The notes under the pieces are model-generated. The model did no database searches and was not told the origin of the DNA. It was given only the letters and a program-made list of their open reading frames with translations. Made by a program: the position numbers and the translations under genes. A stretch of 64,000 nucleotides of DNA from Candidatus Poribacteria bacterium (GTDB taxonomy: Bacteria; Poribacteria; WGA-4E; WGA-3G): positions 4,384,001 to 4,448,000 of the forward strand of contig OZ240248.1 in the NCBI GenBank assembly GCA_965198235.1, written 5' to 3'. The first letter of the stretch is position 1. Each line of letters opens with the position of its first letter. Positions 20,473-30,859 of the stretch are shown one piece after another.

Positions 20473-22359
20473 GTGAACAACGTTCCGACCAAAGATCTCA
20501 GAATTCGGCCATTCACTATTTTCCTCATCTGCGTGTTAGTCCCTGCCAACTGTTGGTGGGTGTCCGCCTCCATTATCCGTGGCGGTGGAAGTCCCACGCA
20601 GGTTTCGCTTTTCTACAACGCCGTTATCACCATTTTAATCCTATTGGGCATCGGACTCCTTTTGCGCAGATTGCATCACGCGCTCGTGCTCAATCGCGCT
20701 GAATTGCTCGTCATCTACACTTGCATTTCAGTAGGGGCAGGACTTGCAGGTGTAGACCGATTCCTTGTCCTCATGCCGATTATCGGGCATGCACACTGGT
20801 TCGCAACACCGGAAAACGATTGGGCGAACCTGTTCCATCTGCACGTCCCACAATGGTTGGCTGTCAGCGATAAACGCGTGCTTGAGGGATATTACCACGG
20901 ATTTGCGAGTATCTATGAACCGCGCTACTTGACAGCATGGCTACCCGCCATCTTGTGGTGGACACTTTTCTTGGTTGCTATCCACCTCGTCATGCTCTGC
21001 CTCAGTCTGATCTTTCGGAAACAGTGGGTCGAATCAGAGAGACTCAGTTATCCCATCATCCAATTGCCTTTCGAGATGACGACACGCACCCGTAGATTCT
21101 TCAGTTCGCCGTGGATGTGGCTTGGACTTTCGATCGGTGTCTCAATCGACATTATCAACGGGTTAAACTTCCTGTTCCCTGCTGTTCCGAGTCTCGGCGG
21201 GAAATTATACGATCTGCGGAAGATTTTCACAGAACGTCCCTGGAGCGGTATCGGTTGGAGTCCGATTGGTATCTTTCCATTCGGTGTCGGGCTTTCATTC
21301 TTTATACCGTTGGATCTCTCCTTCTCCTGTTGGGCATTCTGGTTAATCTGGCGAGCGGAACGGTTGTTAGGGGTTATCGCGGGGTGGCGGGGACTGCCAC
21401 GTTTCCCTTACGAAGCCGAGCAATCACACGGCGCATATCTGGGACTGTGTGTTGTGGCTATCTGGATGAGCCGACGCTATTTGAAGGGGGTTTTACACCA
21501 ACTCGTGTCCCCAAAGACAGACGAACCAATTTCATATCGTCTGATTATCATCGGATTTCTCGGCGCATCGGCGTTCATCGTCGGATTCTGCCTCAAGATG
21601 GGTATGAGTTTTTGGATAATCATCGTCTACTTCGCCATCTGGTTCGCAATTGCAATGGCGATCACACGTTTGCGTGCGGAACTCGGTTCACCAGTGCACG
21701 ACTTACACTTTATTGGACCTGATGAAATGCTGCCCCGGTTATTAGGCATACGCCGATTGGGAGCCGTGAATTTAACGGGGTTCGCCTACCTCTATGGTCT
21801 AAACCGCGCACACCGTTCACATGCCATGCCGCATCAACTTGAAGGCTTCAAATTGGCTGAGGGTGCCAACATTCCACTGCGCCGGTTTTCGCTTCTTATG
21901 ATGTTGGCTTCTGCGTTAGGCGCGCTCGGTTCATTCTGGGCATATCTGTCCATGTATTACTCGGAAGGCGGTTTCTCAAGTTTTGGCAGAGAATCCTTTA
22001 ATCGGTTAGAGACATGGCTGACCTACGCCGCACCGCCGGATGTGCCTGCGATCAGTTTTGCCTCATTTGGATTCGTCCTGACGTTACTCCTTGCCGCAAT
22101 GCGGATGCGATTCATCTGGTGGAACTTACACCCTGTCGGTTATGCGATCTCCGGGAGCTGGGCAATTAACCCGATGGTAGGTTCAATTTTCGTCGGATGG
22201 CTGCTCAAATGGCTCGTGCTGAAATACGGTGGACTCCACTTGCATCGGAAAGCGGTTCCGTTTTTCCTCGGCATTGTGCTCGGTGAGTTCGTGATCGGCT
22301 CGTTCTGGAGTCTCCTCGCTGTTACACTCGATAAACCGATGTATCGCTTCCTCTTTTAG
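20473..22359 (+). CDS. Polytopic membrane protein, DUF6785/DUF6784 family (putative transporter)
   Basis: FATPENDW, RKQWVESERLSYPI, WWNLHPVGY, PFFLGIVLGE. Confidence 0.8.
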   Translation: MNNVPTKDLRIRPFTIFLICVLVPANCWWVSASIIRGGGSPTQVSLFYNAVITILILLGIGLLLRRLHHALVLNRAELLVIYTCISVGAGLAGVDRFLVLMPIIGHAHWFATPENDWANLFHLHVPQWLAVSDKRVLEGYYHGFASIYEPRYLTAWLPAILWWTLFLVAIHLVMLCLSLIFRKQWVESERLSYPIIQLPFEMTTRTRRFFSSPWMWLGLSIGVSIDIINGLNFLFPAVPSLGGKLYDLRKIFTERPWSGIGWSPIGIFPFGVGLSFFIPLDLSFSCWAFWLIWRAERLLGVIAGWRGLPRFPYEAEQSHGAYLGLCVVAIWMSRRYLKGVLHQLVSPKTDEPISYRLIIIGFLGASAFIVGFCLKMGMSFWIIIVYFAIWFAIAMAITRLRAELGSPVHDLHFIGPDEMLPRLLGIRRLGAVNLTGFAYLYGLNRAHRSHAMPHQLEGFKLAEGANIPLRRFSLLMMLASALGALGSFWAYLSMYYSEGGFSSFGRESFNRLETWLTYAAPPDVPAISFASFGFVLTLLLAAMRMRFIWWNLHPVGYAISGSWAINPMVGSIFVGWLLKWLVLKYGGLHLHRKAVPFFLGIVLGEFVIGSFWSLLAVTLDKPMYRFLF

Positions 22360-22445
22360 AGACAGAATAAGACGCGTAAAAAGGCGTTGCTATTTTTCCT
22401 ATTTGTGGTATACTGTTAAAAACCCAACGCCTTGGAAGAAAATAA

Positions 22446-23114
22446 TTGGAATTACAGCAGAAAGTGGAAATTATATCAGAAGCACTGGAAGATTTATTCG
22501 GTGTACCGACCCGCGAAGGTGCAGGAGACGTGTTAGAATGCCTTATCCTAACGATCTTGTCGCAAAATACGACAGATGTTAGCCGCGATAAGGGGTATGC
22601 CGTGCTGAAAGATCGCTTCCCAACGTGGGAGGATGCGCTGCACGCCGATGCCAAATCGATAGAGGCAGCGATAAGGATTGTTGGACTCGGAGAACAGAAA
22701 AGCCTTACTATCAAAAACTTCCTCACTTGGCTCAAAGCCGAACATGGTGAACTCTCACTGGAATTCATTCATGACATGGAAACGGAAGAAGCATTAGAAT
22801 TCCTATGTCAACACAAAGGTATCGGTATCAAAACCGCATCCGTTACACTCTCCTTCGCATGCGGTCGGGAGGTCTTCCCAGTTGATACACACATCCTGCG
22901 AATTTCCAAGCGCCTCGGACTGATTCCACCGAATTGCAGCGCCGAAAAGGCACATCAACTGTTACCACCAATTGTGCCGGAGAATAAGGCGTATCCATTC
23001 CACATGAACTTGATTTACTTCGGTAGAAAAATCTGTGATGCCCGAAAGCCGTTATGTGAACGGTGTCCGTTGACGCAGCATTGCCTCTACTTCAGAGAGA
23101 GCTTACAAGCTTAG
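22446..23114 (+). CDS. nth: Endonuclease III family HhH-GPD DNA glycosylase
   Basis: LSQNTTD, KGIGIKTA, FPVDTH, C-x6-C-x2-C-x5-C Fe-S motif. Confidence 0.85.
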   Translation: MELQQKVEIISEALEDLFGVPTREGAGDVLECLILTILSQNTTDVSRDKGYAVLKDRFPTWEDALHADAKSIEAAIRIVGLGEQKSLTIKNFLTWLKAEHGELSLEFIHDMETEEALEFLCQHKGIGIKTASVTLSFACGREVFPVDTHILRISKRLGLIPPNCSAEKAHQLLPPIVPENKAYPFHMNLIYFGRKICDARKPLCERCPLTQHCLYFRESLQA

Positions 23115-23143
23115 ACAGTGCTTCCCTGTATCGGAGGGAAAAT

Positions 23144-25237
23144 ATGTTTAATTGGAGAAATTTGTCGTGGAAACATCTATTTGTGGTGTTGTTGATATTA
23201 CATATCCTACCGCTCTGGATCTTTGCCTACTTTCCCTCGCAAGACGGTGCAAGTCATATTTACAACGGTTTGGTGCTAAAGGAATATGGGAAACACGAAA
23301 ACTATCAGATGCGGAACGCATGGGAACCGAATATAACGATCTTCCCGAACTGGCTGTCACACATTTTTTTGTTAGCATTCCTCTACGTGTTCCCACCTGT
23401 CATCTCGGAGAAGGTACTTCTTACAATCGCGATAGGCATGGTCCCGATCGCTTTCTTCTATTTCTTTAACGCTGTCCACAAAGGTGAGAAAGGGCAGTAT
23501 GTGTACGCCTGGCTCGGTTTCCCTTTCGCCTACAACTACCTCCTCTACATGGGATTCTACAACTTCCAGCTGAGCATTTCGTTCTTCTTCTTTAGTTTCG
23601 GGTTCTGGTGGAAGCATAAAGACGACATGCAGGTAAAACATTTGGCATGCCTCTATGTGTTGTTACTGCTGACCTATCTGTCGCATATCGCCTCTTATGG
23701 TCTCGTGGTGTTGGGTATCTCTGTCGCAGGAGGCTGTTTGTGGGGTGCCCCAGCGATAACCGCAGCGTGGCGAACGCGTGATGAAGGATTCACGGCACTG
23801 TTGCAAAAATTTGTTGCCAGCCTGAAGTCCGTCTTTCGCCTTTTCCTCTACATGGTGCCGATGTATTTTGTGCTGATAGACTACTACCTACAGAGTGTAA
23901 AACAACATCAACAAGGTAACCATCGCGGTATGGAATGGGTTTGGGAATATTTCTGGGGTGTTAAATCGATCGTCTACTTTAGCCACTCGTATGTTACGGC
24001 CAACTATTTTCTTCTCGCGGTGTTAGGAATAGCAGTTATCATCTCCATCGGTTATCGAATTCACCGGAAGGAGTGGGTGAAACGAACGGATGCTTTTCTG
24101 CTAATTGCGTTCTTGTTTACTTACATGTTCGTTAGGGCACCGTGGAGCTATGGACCGGGAGGATGGATTAACGATAGGATTCATCTCTATATTCTGCCGA
24201 TGTTAGCGGCATGGCTAATTCCGAATATGGGTAAATTCCCTCGCTACGCTGTCGCAGCGTGCCTTGTCTTTTTTAGTTTATTCCACTTTGGCAGGACCGC
24301 GCATGATCATGCACGGATTGCGCCAGAGATTGCGGAATTGGTATCGGGCACACATCTTATCGAACCTCATACAACATACCAGATGCGAAGTGAGGACTGG
24401 CACAAATCTGATGCTTTAGGAAAGATTGAATACGTCACACCCTTTGTCCACCACATGGCACTCTATGGCGTATATACAAATGATGTGGCACATTTGTCAA
24501 ACTACGAAGCCGCCTTCAATTACTTCCCGATAAATCGCAACGATGAGAACGCTCCTGACGATTATCTCGATCTGTGGTACCACAAAGCACCTGTAGACTA
24601 TGTGGTGGCGTGGTATCCGCCTGATACGCCTGAATTTCGGGCGTATACCGCCGATCACGAAATCATCCACGAAACGAAACACCTCCAACTTTATCGGAAA
24701 AAGCGAGCAGCTGGACCGATACTTGAATTGTGGAACAAGACGGAAGAAGACAATTTGATAATTCGTTTCGATATGCAACCCAACGGTAGCGAAACCGCTC
24801 CCGACCATCACGCTATTGGACCGAATACAGAATATGAGAGCGGTAAATTCGGATGGCATACACGCTCACCCCACGAAGCCTATCGAGGCGACAGAAGTAT
24901 GACGGAACTCGCGCAGGATGGTGTTTGGGGTCAGAGAGATGCCGCCTTTAAACTCGATCTGCCTAACGGAAACTATCGGGTAACCAATACTTTCTGCCCA
25001 GCAGAAGATAAAACGCATACAATTAATTTGTTAGCAAATGGGGAGCAAATTCTTAAAGACTTTATCGTAGAAGATGATAACAAAGCACTCGAACACACCT
25101 ATACGATCAAAGTCACAGACGGCTCCCTCACTCAAGTCATTTTTACCCCCAAAGACCGGGTGCGTCATGAAGATGAATGGAACAAAAAGAATCATTTTTG
25201 GATTTGGAACGGCTGTACAGTCGAACAGATTTTTTAA
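23144..25237 (+). CDS. Large membrane protein (GT-C-like TM region plus C-terminal beta-sandwich/carbohydrate-binding-like domain)
   Basis: PSQDGASH after TM1, many TM helices, C-terminal FDMQP...FKLDLPNGNYRV; GGAGG RBS. Confidence 0.65.
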   Translation: MFNWRNLSWKHLFVVLLILHILPLWIFAYFPSQDGASHIYNGLVLKEYGKHENYQMRNAWEPNITIFPNWLSHIFLLAFLYVFPPVISEKVLLTIAIGMVPIAFFYFFNAVHKGEKGQYVYAWLGFPFAYNYLLYMGFYNFQLSISFFFFSFGFWWKHKDDMQVKHLACLYVLLLLTYLSHIASYGLVVLGISVAGGCLWGAPAITAAWRTRDEGFTALLQKFVASLKSVFRLFLYMVPMYFVLIDYYLQSVKQHQQGNHRGMEWVWEYFWGVKSIVYFSHSYVTANYFLLAVLGIAVIISIGYRIHRKEWVKRTDAFLLIAFLFTYMFVRAPWSYGPGGWINDRIHLYILPMLAAWLIPNMGKFPRYAVAACLVFFSLFHFGRTAHDHARIAPEIAELVSGTHLIEPHTTYQMRSEDWHKSDALGKIEYVTPFVHHMALYGVYTNDVAHLSNYEAAFNYFPINRNDENAPDDYLDLWYHKAPVDYVVAWYPPDTPEFRAYTADHEIIHETKHLQLYRKKRAAGPILELWNKTEEDNLIIRFDMQPNGSETAPDHHAIGPNTEYESGKFGWHTRSPHEAYRGDRSMTELAQDGVWGQRDAAFKLDLPNGNYRVTNTFCPAEDKTHTINLLANGEQILKDFIVEDDNKALEHTYTIKVTDGSLTQVIFTPKDRVRHEDEWNKKNHFWIWNGCTVEQIF

Positions 25238-25420
25238 ACTATTAAGGTCGCTCGGTTTTGTCCTGCTTCGCAGTGAGAACCAAAACCGAATCCCTGCCAA
25301 GATCAACAACTTATTGTGCAACAGCACGATTAATCACACTTTTAATCGAGAAACTCCCAATTGATAAACCTTTCATTTTTCAACAACGGAGAAAAATGAG
25401 CAAGGAGATGTTAGAAAAAA

Positions 25421-26617
25421 ATGATTAAACCACATGGAGCCGAAACCTTAACCCCGCTTTACGTTTCGGATGATGCAGAACGCGCTGAACTGACAAAGGA
25501 AGCGGAGCAACTTCCGTCCGTCCTGCTCTCTTCAGGTGCCGCTGCATCAGCCGTTATGCTCGCGTCAGGGTACTTTACACCACTCACGGGCTATATGAAC
25601 ATCGCCGCAGCAACAAGCGTCGCCGCAGATATGAAACTGCCGAACGGACTCTTCTGGCCCGCCCCTGTGATGAACATCGTCCCATCGGAACAGCTCACGG
25701 ATGCAGTAAAGAACGCCGATAGAATCGCCCTACGCGATCCGAACGTTGAAGGCAATCCACCGCTCGCTGTTATGAAGGCTTCGGCAATCGAGACCCTTTC
25801 AACAGAACAGAAGCAACTTCTTATTGAAAAGACCTTTGGAACCACCGATCCTGAGCATCCGGGTGTCCCCGCTTTCGCCAGCGTCGGGGACAACGTCCTC
25901 TCTGGTCCCATTGAAGTCCTGAACTATTCCTATTTCCGCGAGGATTTTCCGGACACATTCCGCACCGCTGTTGAGATTCGCGAAGACATCGCAGCGCGTG
26001 GATGGGATACAGTCGTCGCTTTTCAGACGCGGAACCCGATGCACCGCGCCCACGAGGAACTCTGTAAGATCGCACAAAAAGAAGTCAACGCCGACGGTAT
26101 CCTGATTCACATGCTCCTCGGCAAGTTAAAGCCGGGCGACATCCCCGCCGCCGTTCGCGATGCCTCTATCCGTGCGATGGTGCAACATTATTTCCCCGAA
26201 AACACCGTCTCTATCACCGGTTACGGATTCGATATGCTCTACGCAGGACCGCGAGAAGCACTCCTCCACGCCGTTTTCCGTCAGAACTGCGGTGCATCAC
26301 ACTTCATCGTCGGACGGGATCATGCTGGTGCAGGTGATTATTACGGCGCGTTCGAGGCACAAGAGATCTTCGACACAATTCCCGAGAACGCCTTAGAAAT
26401 CGGTATCTTCCGCGGCGACTTCACAGTCTGGTGCAAAAAGTGCAATGAGATCGTGATGATGCGTGACTGCCCTCACGGTGGCGATGATTATTTCAACGTC
26501 TCTGGCACAAAACAGCGCGAGATTCTCGCCGCTGGTGAGCCGCTGCCACCGGAAATTGCGCGCCCTGAAGTCGCCGAGATCCTGATGGAGTACTACCAGT
26601 CCGAGGCAAACGCCTAA
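25421..26617 (+). CDS. sat: Sulfate adenylyltransferase
   Basis: AFQTRNPMHRAHE, GRDHAG, SGTKQR. Confidence 0.95.
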   Translation: MIKPHGAETLTPLYVSDDAERAELTKEAEQLPSVLLSSGAAASAVMLASGYFTPLTGYMNIAAATSVAADMKLPNGLFWPAPVMNIVPSEQLTDAVKNADRIALRDPNVEGNPPLAVMKASAIETLSTEQKQLLIEKTFGTTDPEHPGVPAFASVGDNVLSGPIEVLNYSYFREDFPDTFRTAVEIREDIAARGWDTVVAFQTRNPMHRAHEELCKIAQKEVNADGILIHMLLGKLKPGDIPAAVRDASIRAMVQHYFPENTVSITGYGFDMLYAGPREALLHAVFRQNCGASHFIVGRDHAGAGDYYGAFEAQEIFDTIPENALEIGIFRGDFTVWCKKCNEIVMMRDCPHGGDDYFNVSGTKQREILAAGEPLPPEIARPEVAEILMEYYQSEANA

Positions 26618-26982
26618 GTAATTCATTTGAAGGCGGGATCTCTGGTCCCGCCTACGGTATTCGGGCATTGTTTTAAGCCCCTTTACTTGTCCTTTCAGTG
26701 TTGTCAATTGAAAATGGAATCAAAGTCATTTAGTTTTCGTAATTTTGGTTGATTTGCGGAGGAAGTCGCGAGCTGGAGCTCGCTCCTACAAGGATAAGTC
26801 AGGAATCGGAGTTCCCTCCTACGGAACAGCGGTCAGCGGTCAGCGTGCTTCGCAGTGAGAACAGTCAGAAAGAGCACCTCTTTGCTGATGGTTTCCGATA
26901 ATGGCAATTAAGAATTTCTCAAACATAACGGAGTTTTGGAAAATTTGCGTAACAAAGCGGAGTCCTCTTTGGAAATAACATA

Positions 26983-28224
26983 GTGGAAGCCATCCAGTAC
27001 ACAAAAAGCATCCCACGTTACTTGGCGATGCGCTATCTTGGGAAACGGTGGCGAGGCCTTTATACGTCTCCATTCTCCTGCACGCGTCTCGTTGACATTC
27101 CGGAGCCACAACTGCCAACGCCTGAATGGGTCAAAGTCAGAACTCGACTCAGCGGTATCTGTGGCTCCGATTTAGCGACAATCACTGCGAAAGGAAGTCC
27201 CTACTTTTCGCCGTTCACGTCAACACCTTTTGTATTAGGACATGAAATCGTCGGTGAAATTGCGGAGACAGGTGATGCGGTCGAGGGTTTCCCTGTCGGT
27301 GCACGAGTGGTGATCGAACCCGTCCTGTCGTGTCCTGTGAGGGGGGTTTCGCCGCCGTGTCATCAATGCCGAAACCAACGTTTCGCCAACTGTGAAAACA
27401 TCACAAAAGGAGACATCTCCGCAGGCGTTCAAACAGGTTATTGCCGCGATACAGGTGGCGGATGGAGCCAGTTCTTTCTCGCACACCAATTACAGCTTCA
27501 TCTCGTTCCTGACGATATTGCGGACGAAACGGCTGTTCTCCTCGAACCCTTTGCATGCGCACTACACGGCGTTCTGAAAGCACAACACCCGGTAGGAGGG
27601 ATTTGTAATCCCGACTCTTCAATCTGTGTCATCGGCGGTGGCACTATCGGACTGCTCACCGTTGCGGCACTTCGGGTCCTCGGACACCGCAACCGAATTC
27701 TCATCTTCGCCAAATATCCGCACCAACAGCAATTGGCGCGCGAACTCGGTGCGGATGATGTACTATTGCCGAATAGCGGTCGATATGCCGCGTTCTGTGA
27801 ACTCACAGGAGCAACGTCGCATCAGCCGGAGTTGGGACAACAAGTATTGATTGGCGGTGTGGACGTTACTTTCGACTGTATTGGCTCCAGCGTCACAATA
27901 GACGACGCGTTCCGTTTTACCCGCGCAGGAGGAGAGGTCATTTTAGTCGGTATGCCGGGAATCCCCAAAAACGTTGACTGGACTTCGATCTGGTATAAAC
28001 AATTGAACGTAACGGGTGCCTATACGTATGGACTCGAAACCCACAATGACGAACAGATCCATACCTTCACACTCGGTATGCGTCTCCTCCAAAAGATGGA
28101 AGCCCATTTACGTCCACTGGTAAGCACGCTCTTTCCACTGCGAGATTATAAACGTGCTCTCCAGACTGCTCTGAACACAGGGAAAACAGCGACCGTGAAA
28201 ACCGCTTTTGACCTACGGAACTAA
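26983..28224 (+). CDS. Zinc-dependent MDR alcohol dehydrogenase
   Basis: GICGSD, GHE, structural Zn cysteines, GGGTIG. Confidence 0.9.
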   Translation: MEAIQYTKSIPRYLAMRYLGKRWRGLYTSPFSCTRLVDIPEPQLPTPEWVKVRTRLSGICGSDLATITAKGSPYFSPFTSTPFVLGHEIVGEIAETGDAVEGFPVGARVVIEPVLSCPVRGVSPPCHQCRNQRFANCENITKGDISAGVQTGYCRDTGGGWSQFFLAHQLQLHLVPDDIADETAVLLEPFACALHGVLKAQHPVGGICNPDSSICVIGGGTIGLLTVAALRVLGHRNRILIFAKYPHQQQLARELGADDVLLPNSGRYAAFCELTGATSHQPELGQQVLIGGVDVTFDCIGSSVTIDDAFRFTRAGGEVILVGMPGIPKNVDWTSIWYKQLNVTGAYTYGLETHNDEQIHTFTLGMRLLQKMEAHLRPLVSTLFPLRDYKRALQTALNTGKTATVKTAFDLRN

Positions 28225-28232
28225 TTTCAATA

Positions 28233-28274
28233 AAAGCAACACGCAAGGAAAGAGAAACGTATGAAGAAAGATAA
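28233..28274 (+). pseudogene. 3' remnant of a BrnT-type toxin gene
   Basis: Translates KATRKERETYEER*, the typical BrnT C-terminus, overlapping the antitoxin ATG. Confidence 0.6.
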
Positions 28275-28500
28275 GACAACAATTCAAGATGAACTTCGCC
28301 CAGAGTACGATTTGAAAAGTTTGCAAGTAAGAAAAATGGGACCCGAACGGAAGCACTTTGGTAGGTCTGTTGTCCAACTGGAACCTGATGTTGCTGAAGC
28401 ATTTCCAGACGCCGCCTCTGTGAACGAGGCACTACGGTTCCTCATGCGGCTTACCAAAGAAAGTAAGGAAGTCTGCCCTCGCATTGATTCCGATGCCTAA
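28261..28500 (+). CDS. BrnA-like antitoxin (orphan)
   Basis: DELRPEYD...LEPDVAEAFPDAASVNEALR. Confidence 0.75.
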   Translation: MKKDKTTIQDELRPEYDLKSLQVRKMGPERKHFGRSVVQLEPDVAEAFPDAASVNEALRFLMRLTKESKEVCPRIDSDA

Positions 28501-28577
28501 GACCAGTGTGAATTAGAGGAAGCCCAGACTTCTTTACAGACTTCGCTTATCAAGCAACCGACTGACACGCGCCTCCT

Positions 28578-30554
28578 ATGACACCTCCCACCACATCTCA
28601 CTCTCAGAACTTTCCGCAAACCACCCACCTTGCTCATACTGGACTCACACTGCGGAGTGTCCTCATCGGTATGGCGGGAGTGATATGTCAATGCTTCGCC
28701 ACTCCTTACAATGACTTCCACGTCGGTGGCACCTACCTTGCGGGAAACCATCTTCCGATCGCTGTCGTCTTCGTAATGCTGATTTTCGTCCTTAGTGCCA
28801 ATGTGCTCCTTAAGAAACTGAAACCCGGCATCGAATTGCAAGGCGGTGAACTCCTCATCATCTGGGGGATGATGGTGGTCGCATCGGGTATCCCTTCCTC
28901 AGGACTGATGCGATACCTCGTTCCACTCGCTGTCAGTCCACACTACTTCGCAACCGCCGAAAACGAGTGGATTACCCTCTTTCATCAGCACCTTCCAGAT
29001 TGGATGGTTGTGAAAGATCCGAAAGCGGTTTTCTATTTCTATGAAAAATTACCAGATGGCGATTCGATCCCATGGCGTGCATGGTTGAAGCCTATTGTCG
29101 GATGGAGTGCGTTTGTCCTCATCTTCTATTTTGTCACCATCTGCTGGACCATCCTCCTCCGAAAACAGTGGGTAGAACACGAACGCTTCACGTTTCCGAT
29201 CGTTCAATTGCCACAGGAAATGTTTCAATCGCCTTCAGGGGGAGCACTGCTGAATCGGTTCTTCAAATCGCCGCTGATGTGGTGCGGTTTCGCGATGCCG
29301 ATCATATTGCACGGGTTGAGGGGACTACACCTCTACTTTCCAGCCATCCCGAAACCGCCTCTCGATTTTCCGATTGCCCAATTCTTCACCGAAAAACCGC
29401 TATCCGCGCTGGGGTGGTGGCCCACGGTGCATCTGTTTATCTATCCTTCGATCGTCGCCATTGTCTATCTGCTGACCCTTGAAATTTCGTTTAGTTTCTG
29501 GTTCTTCTTTATGCTCGGAAAGATGGAGACAGTGCTTATCTATGCAACAGGCTCAAAAGTGAATCAGTGGAACTTCCACCAGAATCAACAGATGGGTGCG
29601 CTGCTCGTTTTTATCGGATTTATCCTCTTCATCGGCAAACGGCACTTCGGACGAGCATTCGCTACCATTTTTGGGAAAGGGGCAAGCGATGACACCAACG
29701 AACCCCTGCCTTACGTTTGGGCGGTAGGAGGCTTAATCGTCGGCATCCTACTGCTTACCTTGATATGTAGCCTCGCGGGTATGAGTGTGTGGGTAGCACT
29801 CGTTATGCTCGGGATTTTCCTCGCCATAACAACGGTAGGCACGTGGATGGTCGCGAACGGCGGCTTACTGTTTATTATCTACTCGTTCCTGCCCGGTGAA
29901 TTCCTGATTACGTTGTTCGGTAGTGCCCGTGTGAACGCTCCGAGCTGGACCTTGGTCGCTTATGAACGGGTCTTGATGTTCGATATGCGGGAAATCCTCA
30001 TGCCGGGGGTCATGAACAACTTCAAACTCGCAGAACCGCTGCGTCTCAAACAACGTCCATTCCTACTCGCCATGGGCATCACAATCGTCTTGGCAATGGG
30101 TGTCTCTTACTACTCATCTCTCGACCTCGCCTACACGCACGGCGCAGTGAATTTGCAACATTGGACCTATATGATCTCCACAACCGTCCCATTTAACCGA
30201 CTCACCAGCATTCTGCAACACCCGACCGGAATCGAAGTAGATCGAATCGGTTCGTTCATCTTCGGCGGTGCCACGATGTTCGGCATGCTCTGGATGCGCC
30301 ACCACTATCTTTGGTGGAAACTGCATCCGATCGGGTCTCTCCTGATGACCAGTTATGCAACTTACTGTTTTTGGGGTTCATTCTTCATCGGTTGGTTTCT
30401 GAAATACACCGTCCTGAAGTTCGGTGGCGTTGCCCTCTACCGCAAACTCCGTCCATTTGTATTAGGGATTGTGTTAGGCGAATGTTTCATTGGCGGCATC
30501 TGGATCGTTGTCGGTCTCATGACCGGCATCGGCTATCGTCTGCTGCCGGGTTAA
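28578..30554 (+). CDS. DUF6785/DUF6784 family membrane protein (paralog of 20473)
   Basis: FATAENEW, RKQWVEHERFTFPI, WWKLHPIG, PFVLGIVLGE. Confidence 0.8.
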   Translation: MTPPTTSHSQNFPQTTHLAHTGLTLRSVLIGMAGVICQCFATPYNDFHVGGTYLAGNHLPIAVVFVMLIFVLSANVLLKKLKPGIELQGGELLIIWGMMVVASGIPSSGLMRYLVPLAVSPHYFATAENEWITLFHQHLPDWMVVKDPKAVFYFYEKLPDGDSIPWRAWLKPIVGWSAFVLIFYFVTICWTILLRKQWVEHERFTFPIVQLPQEMFQSPSGGALLNRFFKSPLMWCGFAMPIILHGLRGLHLYFPAIPKPPLDFPIAQFFTEKPLSALGWWPTVHLFIYPSIVAIVYLLTLEISFSFWFFFMLGKMETVLIYATGSKVNQWNFHQNQQMGALLVFIGFILFIGKRHFGRAFATIFGKGASDDTNEPLPYVWAVGGLIVGILLLTLICSLAGMSVWVALVMLGIFLAITTVGTWMVANGGLLFIIYSFLPGEFLITLFGSARVNAPSWTLVAYERVLMFDMREILMPGVMNNFKLAEPLRLKQRPFLLAMGITIVLAMGVSYYSSLDLAYTHGAVNLQHWTYMISTTVPFNRLTSILQHPTGIEVDRIGSFIFGGATMFGMLWMRHHYLWWKLHPIGSLLMTSYATYCFWGSFFIGWFLKYTVLKFGGVALYRKLRPFVLGIVLGECFIGGIWIVVGLMTGIGYRLLPG

Positions 30555-30684
30555 TACAGCGTTTGAATCACCAGAAAACCTTTGCCCCGCCTCCCGAAAT
30601 GCGCCATTTCGTGCAATGTAGCATCACACTTGCCCTATTTCGTACCATTTTCGTCAAGAACACCAGTAGAACGACTATTCAGAA

Positions 30685-30700
30685 CGGCATGGAACTTGCT
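30685..30700 (+). promoter_or_regulatory. Sigma-54 -24/-12 promoter
   Basis: CGGCAT-GGAAC-TTGCT, GG-N10-GC, 160 bp upstream of the LarA-domain gene. Confidence 0.6.
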
Positions 30701-30859
30701 TTAACAACTATCGTGTAAGAGAACCAGGCATACAATACTCTTGCAATCAACTCTGGATTTGCCACACTTTTTTTGACAAAAAGACTTGCAATGCTCCTAT
30801 AACTATGTTAATATAGATTAAAAACCAGAAAATCTACGGACATCAGTTGAAACCGTCGC

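Noticed and set aside
25240-25420. SAM riboswitch upstream of sat
   Set aside because: No SAM-I or SAM-II consensus is visible; the hairpin is explained by a repeat.
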